Shown piece after piece: positions 37,220 to 45,969 of a stretch of 59,548 bases of DNA (its first letter is position 1; each line of letters begins with the position of its first letter). Origin of the DNA: Verrucomicrobiia bacterium (GTDB taxonomy: Bacteria; Verrucomicrobiota; Verrucomicrobiia; Palsa-1439); assembly GCA_049511095.1 (NCBI GenBank), contig JBEKYJ010000001.1:1-59548 (forward strand), in the 5' to 3' direction. The notes under the pieces are model-generated. The model was not told the origin of the DNA, did not search any database, and worked only from the letters and a program-made list of their open reading frames with translations. The position numbers were made by a program, and so were the translations under genes.

Positions 37220-39829
37220 GTGATGAAAAGCCGTGATGCTACCACATCCGTGACGAAGCCGCTGCGCGACGTGCGCCTGACGGCAATCAATTTCGTGTCC
37301 GACGCCGTCAACCGCAGTCTGGACCTCAAGGAAATTGCCGATAACGCGCTCGACGCGATCCTCGCGGTGATGAAGGTGGATGCGGGTGCGGTGCATATCT
37401 GGCAGGATGCCGATCAGGCCCTTCACATATTTGCCCGACGCGGACTGAACGAGGCGTTTGTGCGCCAGGTCGCGGTGCTGCGCAAGGGCGACGAGAATAT
37501 CGACGCGGTGCTCAATGGCGAAACCCGTGTCATCCAGGATTTCAAGGTCAGCTCCCCGGACTTGCCCGCAAACGCTGGCGCACAGGCAGGGTTCCAATCG
37601 GCGGTGCTGGTGCCGATTCGAGCGCACGGGTTCGTCATGGGGATGCTGGGGCTGGGTACGTACAAGGTGCGAAAATTCGACGAGGCGGATGTTGATCTCA
37701 TCGAAGTGGTCAGCAACCAGATCGGCAACGCGATGGTGCACGCGCAATTGGAAAGTGACCTTCGCGCCAGCGAGGAAGAACATCGGGCGCTGGTGGAGAA
37801 CTCAGACGATGCGATTTACATAACCGACATTACGGGGAGGCCCCGATATGCCAACAACGCCTTCACGCGGATCTGCGGGTATGCGCTTTACGAAGTGGTG
37901 CGGACGGACTTGTTGGGTTACGTGCACGCTGAAGACGTCGAGATGGTGCGGCGCGCGTTCAATGCGTTGCTGCGCGGCGAATCGATTCGCAATGTTGAAT
38001 ACCGTTTCCGGCGCAAAGACGGGGCGTGGATTGACTTGCAGAGCAGTGGCAACGTTTTTTCCCGGGTGGGCGGTCGCGTTCGGGAAGTGCAGTTCACCGT
38101 CCGGGACATCACGCAGGCGCGCCAGCGTCAGCAACAGTTGCTGCGCCGCAATCGGCAACTGGCCGCGCTCACCACGTTGGCCGAAGTTGCGAATTCCTCG
38201 CTGAATATCGAAGAAATCGCCCGCAACACCCTCAAGGTTGCCTTGGAAAGCACGGGAATGAGCGGCGGCGTGATTCATTTGGCCGACGCCAAGCGGCAAC
38301 AGCTTCACTTGTACGTGCAGGCAGGTTTACCGGAGGAGATGGTCGGGGAAATCCGCGTGTTGAAATGGGGCGAAAGCATGCCCGGGGCCGTGGCGGCATC
38401 GGGCCAGGCGGTGGTGCTCGGCGACATGGCGTCGCAGGCGCCGCCGGTTCCTTCGTTGGCGTTTCCGCATGGCTTCCACGCCACGATCATTGTACCGGTC
38501 AAGGCCAAGGGCGAGTTGCTGGGCACGCTCGGTTTGGTAAACCGCGAAGCTGTGGAGTTCCCGCCAGAAGTTGTCGAGATGGTCGTGGCCATGGGCAACC
38601 AACTGGGGATCGCCGTGGCCAATGCGCGGTTGTATGAAACGCAGCTTCGTGAGAACGAGAAGCTGACGGCGTTGGTGGACATCAGCAGCGGCAGTGCCCA
38701 ACAACTCGAGTTGGATCCATTGCTGCAACGGATCCTGCAGCGTGCGGCGGCGTTGCTCCGGGCGGATGCGGCCTATATTTCGCATTACGATGCGACGGCG
38801 GAGCAGGCGGAGATTGTGGCGGCGAGCGCCAATTTCGCCCAGCTTACCGGCATGCGGTATCCCGCGACGCAGGGTCTTTTCGGGCAGATTCGCCCGTCCC
38901 GGCAGGGGAGGATTTTCACGCGCGAGGAAGTCAAGCAGCATGGGTACAGCTCGGTGCTTCGGGAGTCGGACGTCCGGTCCGCGTTGGTGGTGCCCCTGAT
39001 CTCGCGCAATGAGCTAATCGGCACTCTGACCCTGACGCGGCACGGGGACAAAGCGGCCGAGTTCACGGCGGCGAACCTGGAATTGATCGAGGCGTTTGCC
39101 AGCCGCGCGGCGGTGGCGATCGACAACGCGCAGTTGTTGAAGGACCTTGGCCGCAAGAACAACCTCCTGCAGTTGCTCATTGAAGAGGCGCATCACCGGA
39201 TCAAGAACAACCTGCAGATGATTTCGGGCCTGCTTCAGTTGGAGGCGGATATGGCCCAGGTGGATTCATCGAAGGAGTTTTTGCAGACGGCGATTACGCG
39301 CATCCAGGCAATTGCCCAAGTGCACAATTTACTGAGCGAGGAGATGCCGGAGAAAGTGGATGCCCATGCATTGATCACGACCATCATCCAGACGCTGGTC
39401 AGTTCGGCACCGGCAGCGAACGGGAAGCCGGAGGTGACGATGGAAGTCGAACATCTATGGCTGGGGGCGGATCAAGCGGTTCCGCTCGCGTTGATTGTCA
39501 GCGAACTGGTGTCGAATTCCTTCGTGCACGGTCAATCACCGGCCGGGCAGCGATTGCGCGCGGAGATACAATGCCGGCGGCAAAATGGCCACGTGCAATT
39601 GGTGGTGCGTGACAACGGCGGCGGGTTTCCTGACGGAAAAGATTGGCGCGAGTTTGAGGGGCAGGGGATGAATATTGTGGCGCAACTGGCGCAGGTGAAT
39701 CTTCGCGGTCACCTGCAGATTGGATCGCAGGACGGTGGCGTCCGTGCGGAATTGCGGTTTGAGGTTGCGGCCCATGGGACCGGGCCCGACGGGGATGCGC
39801 CATCGGCGTTGGCGGGCGCACGGGCTTGA
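37220..39829 (+). CDS. Multi-domain sensor histidine kinase (GAF-PAS-GAF-GAF, HisKA_2-type H-box, HATPase)
   Basis: 869 aa. GAF-like repeats have recurring ...LGTLGL/LGMLGLG... motifs. The PAS segment contains YITDITGRPRYANNAFTRICGY...VEYRFRRKDGAWIDL. The H-box is EAHHRIKNNLQMISGLLQLE, and the C-terminal ATPase region contains ELVSNSFVHG...RDNGGGFP. Confidence 0.85.
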   Translation: MMKSRDATTSVTKPLRDVRLTAINFVSDAVNRSLDLKEIADNALDAILAVMKVDAGAVHIWQDADQALHIFARRGLNEAFVRQVAVLRKGDENIDAVLNGETRVIQDFKVSSPDLPANAGAQAGFQSAVLVPIRAHGFVMGMLGLGTYKVRKFDEADVDLIEVVSNQIGNAMVHAQLESDLRASEEEHRALVENSDDAIYITDITGRPRYANNAFTRICGYALYEVVRTDLLGYVHAEDVEMVRRAFNALLRGESIRNVEYRFRRKDGAWIDLQSSGNVFSRVGGRVREVQFTVRDITQARQRQQQLLRRNRQLAALTTLAEVANSSLNIEEIARNTLKVALESTGMSGGVIHLADAKRQQLHLYVQAGLPEEMVGEIRVLKWGESMPGAVAASGQAVVLGDMASQAPPVPSLAFPHGFHATIIVPVKAKGELLGTLGLVNREAVEFPPEVVEMVVAMGNQLGIAVANARLYETQLRENEKLTALVDISSGSAQQLELDPLLQRILQRAAALLRADAAYISHYDATAEQAEIVAASANFAQLTGMRYPATQGLFGQIRPSRQGRIFTREEVKQHGYSSVLRESDVRSALVVPLISRNELIGTLTLTRHGDKAAEFTAANLELIEAFASRAAVAIDNAQLLKDLGRKNNLLQLLIEEAHHRIKNNLQMISGLLQLEADMAQVDSSKEFLQTAITRIQAIAQVHNLLSEEMPEKVDAHALITTIIQTLVSSAPAANGKPEVTMEVEHLWLGADQAVPLALIVSELVSNSFVHGQSPAGQRLRAEIQCRRQNGHVQLVVRDNGGGFPDGKDWREFEGQGMNIVAQLAQVNLRGHLQIGSQDGGVRAELRFEVAAHGTGPDGDAPSALAGARA

Positions 39830-39889
39830 CTTTGGACGAGGTGGTCCTAAGATTGCGACGGAGAAGCGAAAGCGGAAGTTTGGAGTCCG

Positions 39890-40516
39890 ATGAAATCCCT
39901 GCGAGTGCTCATTGCTGACGACGATGGCCTGACGTTGATGGTGTTGCGGAAGATCCTCGTGGCGATGGGGCATACGGTCGTGGGGGAAGCCGGTGACGGC
40001 CAGCAGGCGGTCACCCTCGCTCGCGAAACGAGTCCGGACCTGATTATTCTCGATATTCGCATGCCGAGGATGGACGGATTGGAGGCGGCACGGGTGATTC
40101 AAGCCCAGCGCATGACCCCGATTATCGTCCTAAGCGCGTACACCGAGTCCGGTCTGGGCAGTGAGGCGGCCGGCGCGGGAGCGAATGCGTATTTGGTCAA
40201 GCCGTTCACGGGGGAACAGCTGAAGCCCGCGATTGAGTTGGCGCTGGCCAACTTCGAGAAGTCCAAGGAACTCGAGGCCAAGCTGCAGCAGATGAACGAA
40301 GCGCTGGAATCGCGCAAGCTTATCGAGCGGGCCAAGGGGATTCTGATGCGGCAAACGGGAATGGACGAGGAGACCTCCTACCTCAAGTTGCAGAAGACGG
40401 CCCGCAACGAGAACCGCAAGCTGGTGGACGTGGCGCGGGCGATCATCATGGCCGAGCAGCTTCGCCGCGACAGCATCAAGCCACCCACTGCGCCGCGTGG
40501 TCACGAGCCGTCGTAG
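39890..40516 (+). CDS. Response regulator with ANTAR RNA-binding output domain
   Basis: 208 aa. The REC domain has ADDD...DLIILDIRMPRMDG. The C-terminal ANTAR signature is LESRKLIERAKGILMRQTGMDEETSYLKLQKTARNENRKLVDVARAII. Confidence 0.9.
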   Translation: MKSLRVLIADDDGLTLMVLRKILVAMGHTVVGEAGDGQQAVTLARETSPDLIILDIRMPRMDGLEAARVIQAQRMTPIIVLSAYTESGLGSEAAGAGANAYLVKPFTGEQLKPAIELALANFEKSKELEAKLQQMNEALESRKLIERAKGILMRQTGMDEETSYLKLQKTARNENRKLVDVARAIIMAEQLRRDSIKPPTAPRGHEPS

Positions 40517-40610
40517 CGCCCCGACGGCGGCGACCTGGCTTCGGCCTTGACCCTCGCCGCACCTTCCCGCTAGGCTCGCGCATCCTATCTCAGAAGAACG
40601 GAAATCGCCC

Positions 40611-41543
40611 ATGGAAAACGTGGTCATCATTGGCTCGGGTTGTGCCGGTTGGACGGCGGCGCTGTACACAGCGCGCGCGAATTTGAAACCATTATTGCTC
40701 ACAGGGGAGCAACCCGGCGGGTTGCTCACGACCACCAGCATTGTTGAGAATTATCCCGGCTTTCCCGAGGGAGTCGACGGCACGGAACTGATGATGCGGA
40801 TGCAGAAGCAGGCAGAGCGGTTTGGCGCGCAGACCCGCTACAGTGCAAAAGTCACGAGGGTTGATTTCAGCAAGCCACCGTTCAAGCTGTGGCTGGACGA
40901 CGAGGTGGTGGAGACAAGAACGGTGATTATCGCGACCGGCGCGTCGCATCGGCACCTGGGGCTGAAGAACGAGGAGCTGCTCGAACGCAAGGGGGTTACG
41001 TACTGCGCGACCTGCGACGGCGCGCTGCCGATGTTTCGCAACAAGCCGTTGGTGGTGGTCGGTGGGGGCGACTCGGCGTGCGAAGAAGCGACGTATCTCA
41101 CGCATTTTGCGTCGAAGGTGTACCTCGTGCACCGGCGCGACCAGCTTCGCGCGTCGAAGATCATGATTGACCGCGCACTCTCCAATCCGAAGATCCAGCC
41201 GGTGTGGGACTCGGTCGTTACGGACATTTACGACGCCAGCAAGGATACCGTGACGGGTGTGCAGCTAAAAAACGTCAAGACCGGAGCGACTTCCACGCTA
41301 CCCTGTGATGGCGTGTTCGTGGCCATCGGCCATGTGCCGTCCACGGAATTATTCAAAGGACAGATTGAGCTGACGGCCGATGGATACATCCTGTGCAAGA
41401 AGGGGACGTACACCAACGTGCCCGGCGTCTTCGCGGCGGGGGATTGCGTGGATCGCGTGTACCGTCAGGCCATCACGGCGGCGGGAACGGGCTGTGCCGC
41501 AGCGATTGACGCGGAACGTTACCTTGCCGCCCAGCATGCATAA
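40611..41543 (+). CDS. trxB: Thioredoxin-disulfide reductase
   Basis: 310 aa with GSGCAG (FAD), the CATCDG redox-active disulfide, GGGDSACEEA (NADPH) and GVFAAGDC. Confidence 0.95.
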   Translation: MENVVIIGSGCAGWTAALYTARANLKPLLLTGEQPGGLLTTTSIVENYPGFPEGVDGTELMMRMQKQAERFGAQTRYSAKVTRVDFSKPPFKLWLDDEVVETRTVIIATGASHRHLGLKNEELLERKGVTYCATCDGALPMFRNKPLVVVGGGDSACEEATYLTHFASKVYLVHRRDQLRASKIMIDRALSNPKIQPVWDSVVTDIYDASKDTVTGVQLKNVKTGATSTLPCDGVFVAIGHVPSTELFKGQIELTADGYILCKKGTYTNVPGVFAAGDCVDRVYRQAITAAGTGCAAAIDAERYLAAQHA

Positions 41544-41563
41544 GGCGATTGGCCCGGATGGGC

Positions 41564-42055
41564 CTACGACTCGGCGGCTTCGATGATTTTGATGAAGGAG
41601 GCGGCGTCGGGGGCGTCGAGCAGACGTTGGCGAAGGTCATCCTGACGGAGGAGGCGGGCGAGGGTTCCCACGACGCGCAGATAATCGGTGACCATCTGCT
41701 TGGGGGTACCGATCAGAAAAATCAACCGGACGGGGCTGCCGTCCTTGGCTTCAAAATTGATGCCTTCGCGGCTGCGCCCGACGGCGACGAGGATGTCCGA
41801 GCACTGGTCGGTGCGGGCGTGGGGGATGGCCACATCATGACCGAGGGCGGTGTTGCTGACGCGCTCGCGCTGGAGGATTTCTTCGAAGAACGCTTCGAAA
41901 TTGCCGACGCACTTGTGCTGGGCGAGCAGCTCCGCCACTTCGCGCAACGCCGGGACCTTTTCCCGGGACTGCAACTCCAGTTGGATTGTCTCGGGGCTCA
42001 ACAGTGACGCAATTTTCGATGGAGAAGCTTTGGGACCGTTAGACATTGGCTCCAC
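41564..42055 (-). CDS. ptsN: PTS EIIA(Ntr)-type regulatory protein (PtsN-like)
   Basis: 163 aa. EIIA type-2 pattern: ...RERVSNTALGHDVAIPHARTD....LIFLIG.P. It overlaps the 3' end of nadK by 17 nt, or by 8 nt if the second Met is used. Confidence 0.7.
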   Translation of the reverse strand: MEPMSNGPKASPSKIASLLSPETIQLELQSREKVPALREVAELLAQHKCVGNFEAFFEEILQRERVSNTALGHDVAIPHARTDQCSDILVAVGRSREGINFEAKDGSPVRLIFLIGTPKQMVTDYLRVVGTLARLLRQDDLRQRLLDAPDAASFIKIIEAAES

Positions 42056-42917
42056 TCCACTTTAATTTCTCTCGTAACACTTCGAAATACGAATGACCTT
42101 TCGGCGTGACCAGTTGCACGGTTCGGGGCGATTGGCGGACTTCCACTTCGTCGCCCATTTCCATCGGCAATTGCACCTGGCCATCGACTGTCAACAATAG
42201 CTCACCCGCGGCGCGGGCCGCGTGACAACGGATCACCGACTTCTCCCCCGCGATGACCGAGCGATTACTCAACGCGTGCGGACAGATGGGCGTGATAATC
42301 AATGCCCGTGCTGTCGGCACCAGAATTGGCCCGCCCGCGCTCAACGAATACGCCGTCGAGCCCGTTGCCGTGGCGAATATCATGCCGTCGCATACATATT
42401 CTGTCAACAATTGCCCGTCGATGGACAAGTGGAGGCGGACGATGCGCGAAAAGGCCCCGCGGGAAATGACGACATCGTTCAGGGCCGGAGGGGTTTCCTG
42501 GCGTTTGCCGCGACGGATCAAGGTAGTCTGCAGCGTTTGGCGCTCGCTGAGCTCGTAGTTGCCGCGCAAGATCGCGCGCACGGGGGTCTTGAGCTTGTCG
42601 CCACGAACGGTGGTGAGAAACCCGAGGTTGCCGAGGTTTACGCCGAGGATGGGTGTTTCCGAGCCCTCCAATTCGCGAGCGACCCGCAAGATGGTGCCGT
42701 CTCCGCCGAGTACGATAATCAGATCGGCGGCTTTTCGAATGTCTTTCAGCGACTGCGCGAGCTTGGGCTTGCCGACGAGGACGGCGGCCTGGCGTTCGAG
42801 GAGCACGCGGAGTTTGCTCTCGCCAAGGACGGCGAGCAATTCGAGCAAACGGGCTCGCGCTTCGGCTTTGCCGACGTGCGCGATCACGCCAATGGTCCTG
42901 GGGATGCGCGGTTTCAC
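42039..42917 (-). CDS. nadK: NAD kinase
   Basis: 292 aa. Contains GGDGTILRVARE and ...ATGSTAYSLSAGGPI. Confidence 0.93.
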   Translation of the reverse strand: MKPRIPRTIGVIAHVGKAEARARLLELLAVLGESKLRVLLERQAAVLVGKPKLAQSLKDIRKAADLIIVLGGDGTILRVARELEGSETPILGVNLGNLGFLTTVRGDKLKTPVRAILRGNYELSERQTLQTTLIRRGKRQETPPALNDVVISRGAFSRIVRLHLSIDGQLLTEYVCDGMIFATATGSTAYSLSAGGPILVPTARALIITPICPHALSNRSVIAGEKSVIRCHAARAAGELLLTVDGQVQLPMEMGDEVEVRQSPRTVQLVTPKGHSYFEVLREKLKWSGANV

Positions 42918-43666
42918 GGTTTACGCAAGGCGATGAGAAACTCCTTGTTGCCAGCCGGTCCGAGCAACGGAGACGGGATGACTCCCAGCGGCGTCAGCCC
43001 AAGGGTCTTTGTCGCAAATTCATGGATGGTCTTTGTCACGGCTTCGTGCACCAGAGAGTCTCGCACAACCCCGCCTTTTTTCACGAGCTTTTTCCCGGCT
43101 TCAAATTGAGGTTTAATGAGGGCCACGAGGGCGCCCCCCGACTTGAGCGCGGCGACGGCGGCAGGCAGCACCTTGGTCAACGAGATAAAGGACACATCGA
43201 TGGTCACCAGATCGACTGGCCCGCCGAGATCGGCGACCGTGAGATTGCGGGCGTTGACGCCGTCGTGAACAACGACCCTTGGATCCTGCCGCAATTTCCA
43301 GTTCAGTTGGCCTTTGCCCACGTCGATCGCGTGCACGCGCGCGGCGCCACGCTGCAGCAGGCAATCGGTGAACCCGCCCGTCGAAGCGCCGAGGTCGGCG
43401 CAAACGAGGTTGTCGCAGGAGATCTGGAACGCCGCGAGCGCAGCTTCGAGCTTATGGCCTCCGCGGCTGGTGTATTTCTCCGCCGCCTCGACGACGAGGG
43501 CGGCGTCATCGCCAACCAGGTCGCTGGGTTTGTGGGCGAGTTGTCCGTCGACGCGCACGGCGCCTGCAAGAATCAATCGTTTCGCCTTTTCGCGGCTTTC
43601 CGCGAGGCCGCGGGCGACGAGTTGGGTGTCAATACGGTCGCGCATAGGTGACGCCACGAGATTCAT
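42914..43666 (-). CDS. tlyA: TlyA-family rRNA (cytidine-2'-O)-methyltransferase
   Basis: 250 aa with an S4 domain (RIDTQLVARGLAESREKAKRLILAGAVRVDG) plus an FtsJ-like methyltransferase domain (DLGASTGGFTDCLLQRGA). The start may instead be the Met at 43645. Confidence 0.88.
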   Translation of the reverse strand: MNLVASPMRDRIDTQLVARGLAESREKAKRLILAGAVRVDGQLAHKPSDLVGDDAALVVEAAEKYTSRGGHKLEAALAAFQISCDNLVCADLGASTGGFTDCLLQRGAARVHAIDVGKGQLNWKLRQDPRVVVHDGVNARNLTVADLGGPVDLVTIDVSFISLTKVLPAAVAALKSGGALVALIKPQFEAGKKLVKKGGVVRDSLVHEAVTKTIHEFATKTLGLTPLGVIPSPLLGPAGNKEFLIALRKP

Positions 43667-43687
43667 TTCGCGGCCAGCGCGACCTCA

Positions 43688-45637
43688 TCAGGCGGTGCGG
43701 GCGGCGGTCGCGCTGCCCAAGACACGAAACTGCTGCGGTTTGGCGCGTTGCGTCGCGGCATCGGCGAGGAGCTCCTTGACCTTGGCAATGGCGGTTTGGG
43801 AGTTCAACCCGTATTTGTCCTGGAGCGCCTTGTTGCTGCTGGCATGCTCGATGAAGTTGTCAGGCCAACCGACGCGGGCGACCGGCGTATTGATGCGCAA
43901 ATCGTCCAGTGTCTCCAGCACGGCGCTGCCGAAACCGCCCATCAGGACGTGATCCTCGATGGTGCAGAGCGCCTTGCAGATGTGACCATATTTCTCAATC
44001 ATCTCGCGGTCGATGGGTTTGCAGAAGCGGGCGTTGATGAGGGCGACAGACAGGCCGTCGGCTTGCAGCGCCGCAACAGTTTCGCGGGCGATTTTCGTTA
44101 CCGCTCCGTAGAAGATCACCGCGACGTCAGTTCCGTGCTGCAGCACTTCGGCTTTGCCGAGGGGCAGTATGGCGGGACGTTCCTTGATGGGCACGCCTTC
44201 ACCAGGGCCGCGCGGATAACGGATAAAGATCGGGCCGTGATGTTGCAGGGCAGTCCACAGCATATCGACCAATTCATCCTCGTCTGTTGGCGCCATCAAG
44301 ATGGCGCGCGGGACGCACCGGGCGTAGGCAATGTCGAAGACGCCATGATGCGTCGGGCCGTCGTTAGCGGACAAGCCGGCGCGGTCCATCGCGAAGACCA
44401 CGTCCAGATTCTGCAACGCGACGTCGTGAATGATGCAATCGTAGGCGCGTTGGAGGAACGTCGAGTAAATCGCGCAGACGGGTCGGTAGCCCATGGTTGC
44501 CATGCCCGCCGCGAAGATGACGGCGTGTTCTTCGGCGATGCCGACATCGAAATAACGGTCCGGTTTCGCCGTCTGCAGCTTCATGAGGCTCGTGCCGCTG
44601 GGCATGGCGGCGGTGATGCCGACGAGTTTGCTGTTCACGTCGCAAAACCGCACGAGCGCGTCCGCGAAGACATCCTGATAGTTTGGCGGCACGCCTTCCT
44701 TTTTGGCGGGTGACTTGCCGGTGGCGATGTCAAACGGCCCGCAGCCATGAAACGTCTGCGGGTCTTCGAGGGCCTTCTCGTAGCCCTTGCCCTTCTTGGT
44801 GAGAATGTGGATGAGAACGGGTATTTCCTGGAGTTTGGCCCACTGGAGGGTTTCGATGAGCAACTGCGTGTTGTGGCCGTCGATGGGGCCGATGTAACGG
44901 AGACCGAACTCCTCGAACAGGAGGCTGGGGACGATGATGCCTTTGACGGCCTCTTCGACCTTGTGACTAATCTGGGCCAATTCGGGCCCGACGCGGGGCA
45001 GACGCCCGATAAAATGGTCGATGCGCTTGTGGGCGGCAGCATAGGACGGATGGCGGACGATGCGGTTGAGATACTCGGAGATCGCGCCGACGTTCTTGGC
45101 AATGCTCCATTCGTTGTCATTGAGGATGACGATCAGGCGCTTGGTGGTGGTCTTGATATTGTTCAGGGCTTCGTAGGTGATGCCGTTGGTGAGAGCGGCA
45201 TCGCCCGCGATGCAGACGACATTTTCGTCGGTCTTCGCGTGGTCGCGCGCGGCGGCCATGCCGAGCGCGGCGGAAAGGGCGGTGCCGGCGTGTCCCGCGC
45301 CAAAACAATCGTGCTGGCTCTCGGCACGGAACGCGAAACCCATGGGGCCACCCGACTGGCGGATCTTATTGAAATTCTCGCGCCGCCCAGTGAGCAGTTT
45401 GTGGACGTACACCTGATGGCTGACGTCCCACACGAATTTGTCCTTGGGAGACTCGAACACGCGGTGCAGGGCGAGGGTCAGTTCGACCACACCGAGATTG
45501 GGTCCGAGGTGGCCGCCGGTTTTGCTGAGCACGGTGATCAGCTCCTCGCGGATTTCCTGGGCCAGGACTTGAAGCTGCTCCATGGTGAGCAGCTTCACGT
45601 CGGCCGGCGTGTTCATCATGTCTAAATAGCGTCCCAT
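43688..45637 (-). CDS. dxs: 1-deoxy-D-xylulose-5-phosphate synthase
   Basis: 649 aa. Contains GGHLGPNLGVVELT.ALH, GHAGT and GDAALTNG (ThDP binding), plus a transketolase-like C-terminal half. Confidence 0.96.
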   Translation of the reverse strand: MGRYLDMMNTPADVKLLTMEQLQVLAQEIREELITVLSKTGGHLGPNLGVVELTLALHRVFESPKDKFVWDVSHQVYVHKLLTGRRENFNKIRQSGGPMGFAFRAESQHDCFGAGHAGTALSAALGMAAARDHAKTDENVVCIAGDAALTNGITYEALNNIKTTTKRLIVILNDNEWSIAKNVGAISEYLNRIVRHPSYAAAHKRIDHFIGRLPRVGPELAQISHKVEEAVKGIIVPSLLFEEFGLRYIGPIDGHNTQLLIETLQWAKLQEIPVLIHILTKKGKGYEKALEDPQTFHGCGPFDIATGKSPAKKEGVPPNYQDVFADALVRFCDVNSKLVGITAAMPSGTSLMKLQTAKPDRYFDVGIAEEHAVIFAAGMATMGYRPVCAIYSTFLQRAYDCIIHDVALQNLDVVFAMDRAGLSANDGPTHHGVFDIAYARCVPRAILMAPTDEDELVDMLWTALQHHGPIFIRYPRGPGEGVPIKERPAILPLGKAEVLQHGTDVAVIFYGAVTKIARETVAALQADGLSVALINARFCKPIDREMIEKYGHICKALCTIEDHVLMGGFGSAVLETLDDLRINTPVARVGWPDNFIEHASSNKALQDKYGLNSQTAIAKVKELLADAATQRAKPQQFRVLGSATAARTA

Positions 45638-45654
45638 GCTAGGCTCCTAGTTGG

Positions 45655-45969
45655 TCAGAACAGCTTACCGCTTTCGTCTTCGGACTGCTCGTCCTCGCCT
45701 TTGGCGGGTTCAGCCTCGAACGGCTCAAGAGCGACGCTTCCGTCAGGCTTCTTGGCGAGAACCTCGATCTTCTTCTCGGCTTCCTCGAGTTTTTGGTTGC
45801 AGAAGCGCACCAGACGCGTGCCTTCCTCATACTTTTTGAGGACGTCTTCGAGCGGCAACTCAGCCCCTTCCATGTCAGCCACGATTTTCTCGAGCCGCTG
45901 GATGGCCTGTTCAAACGTCAGCCCGTTCTTGCTGAGAACGGGCTCGGCACCCTTTTTCCTGCTTTTCAT
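45655..45969 (-). CDS. xseB: Exodeoxyribonuclease VII small subunit
   Basis: 104 aa. Contains LTFEQAIQRLEKIVADMEGAELPLEDVLKKYEEGTRLVRFCNQKLEEAEKKIEVL. Confidence 0.92.
   Translation of the reverse strand: MKSRKKGAEPVLSKNGLTFEQAIQRLEKIVADMEGAELPLEDVLKKYEEGTRLVRFCNQKLEEAEKKIEVLAKKPDGSVALEPFEAEPAKGEDEQSEDESGKLF

Noticed and set aside
36672-37223. 183-aa plus-strand ORF downstream of rplQ
   Set aside because: The translation is G/V/L-rich noise. The opposite strand encodes a protein with a coherent helical NTP-PPase-like sequence.
40517-40610. ANTAR-type dual-hairpin target or terminator downstream of the response regulator
   Set aside because: Only short, imperfect GC stems are present (for example GGC-TTCG-GCC). 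There is no pair of hexaloop hairpins followed by a terminator.
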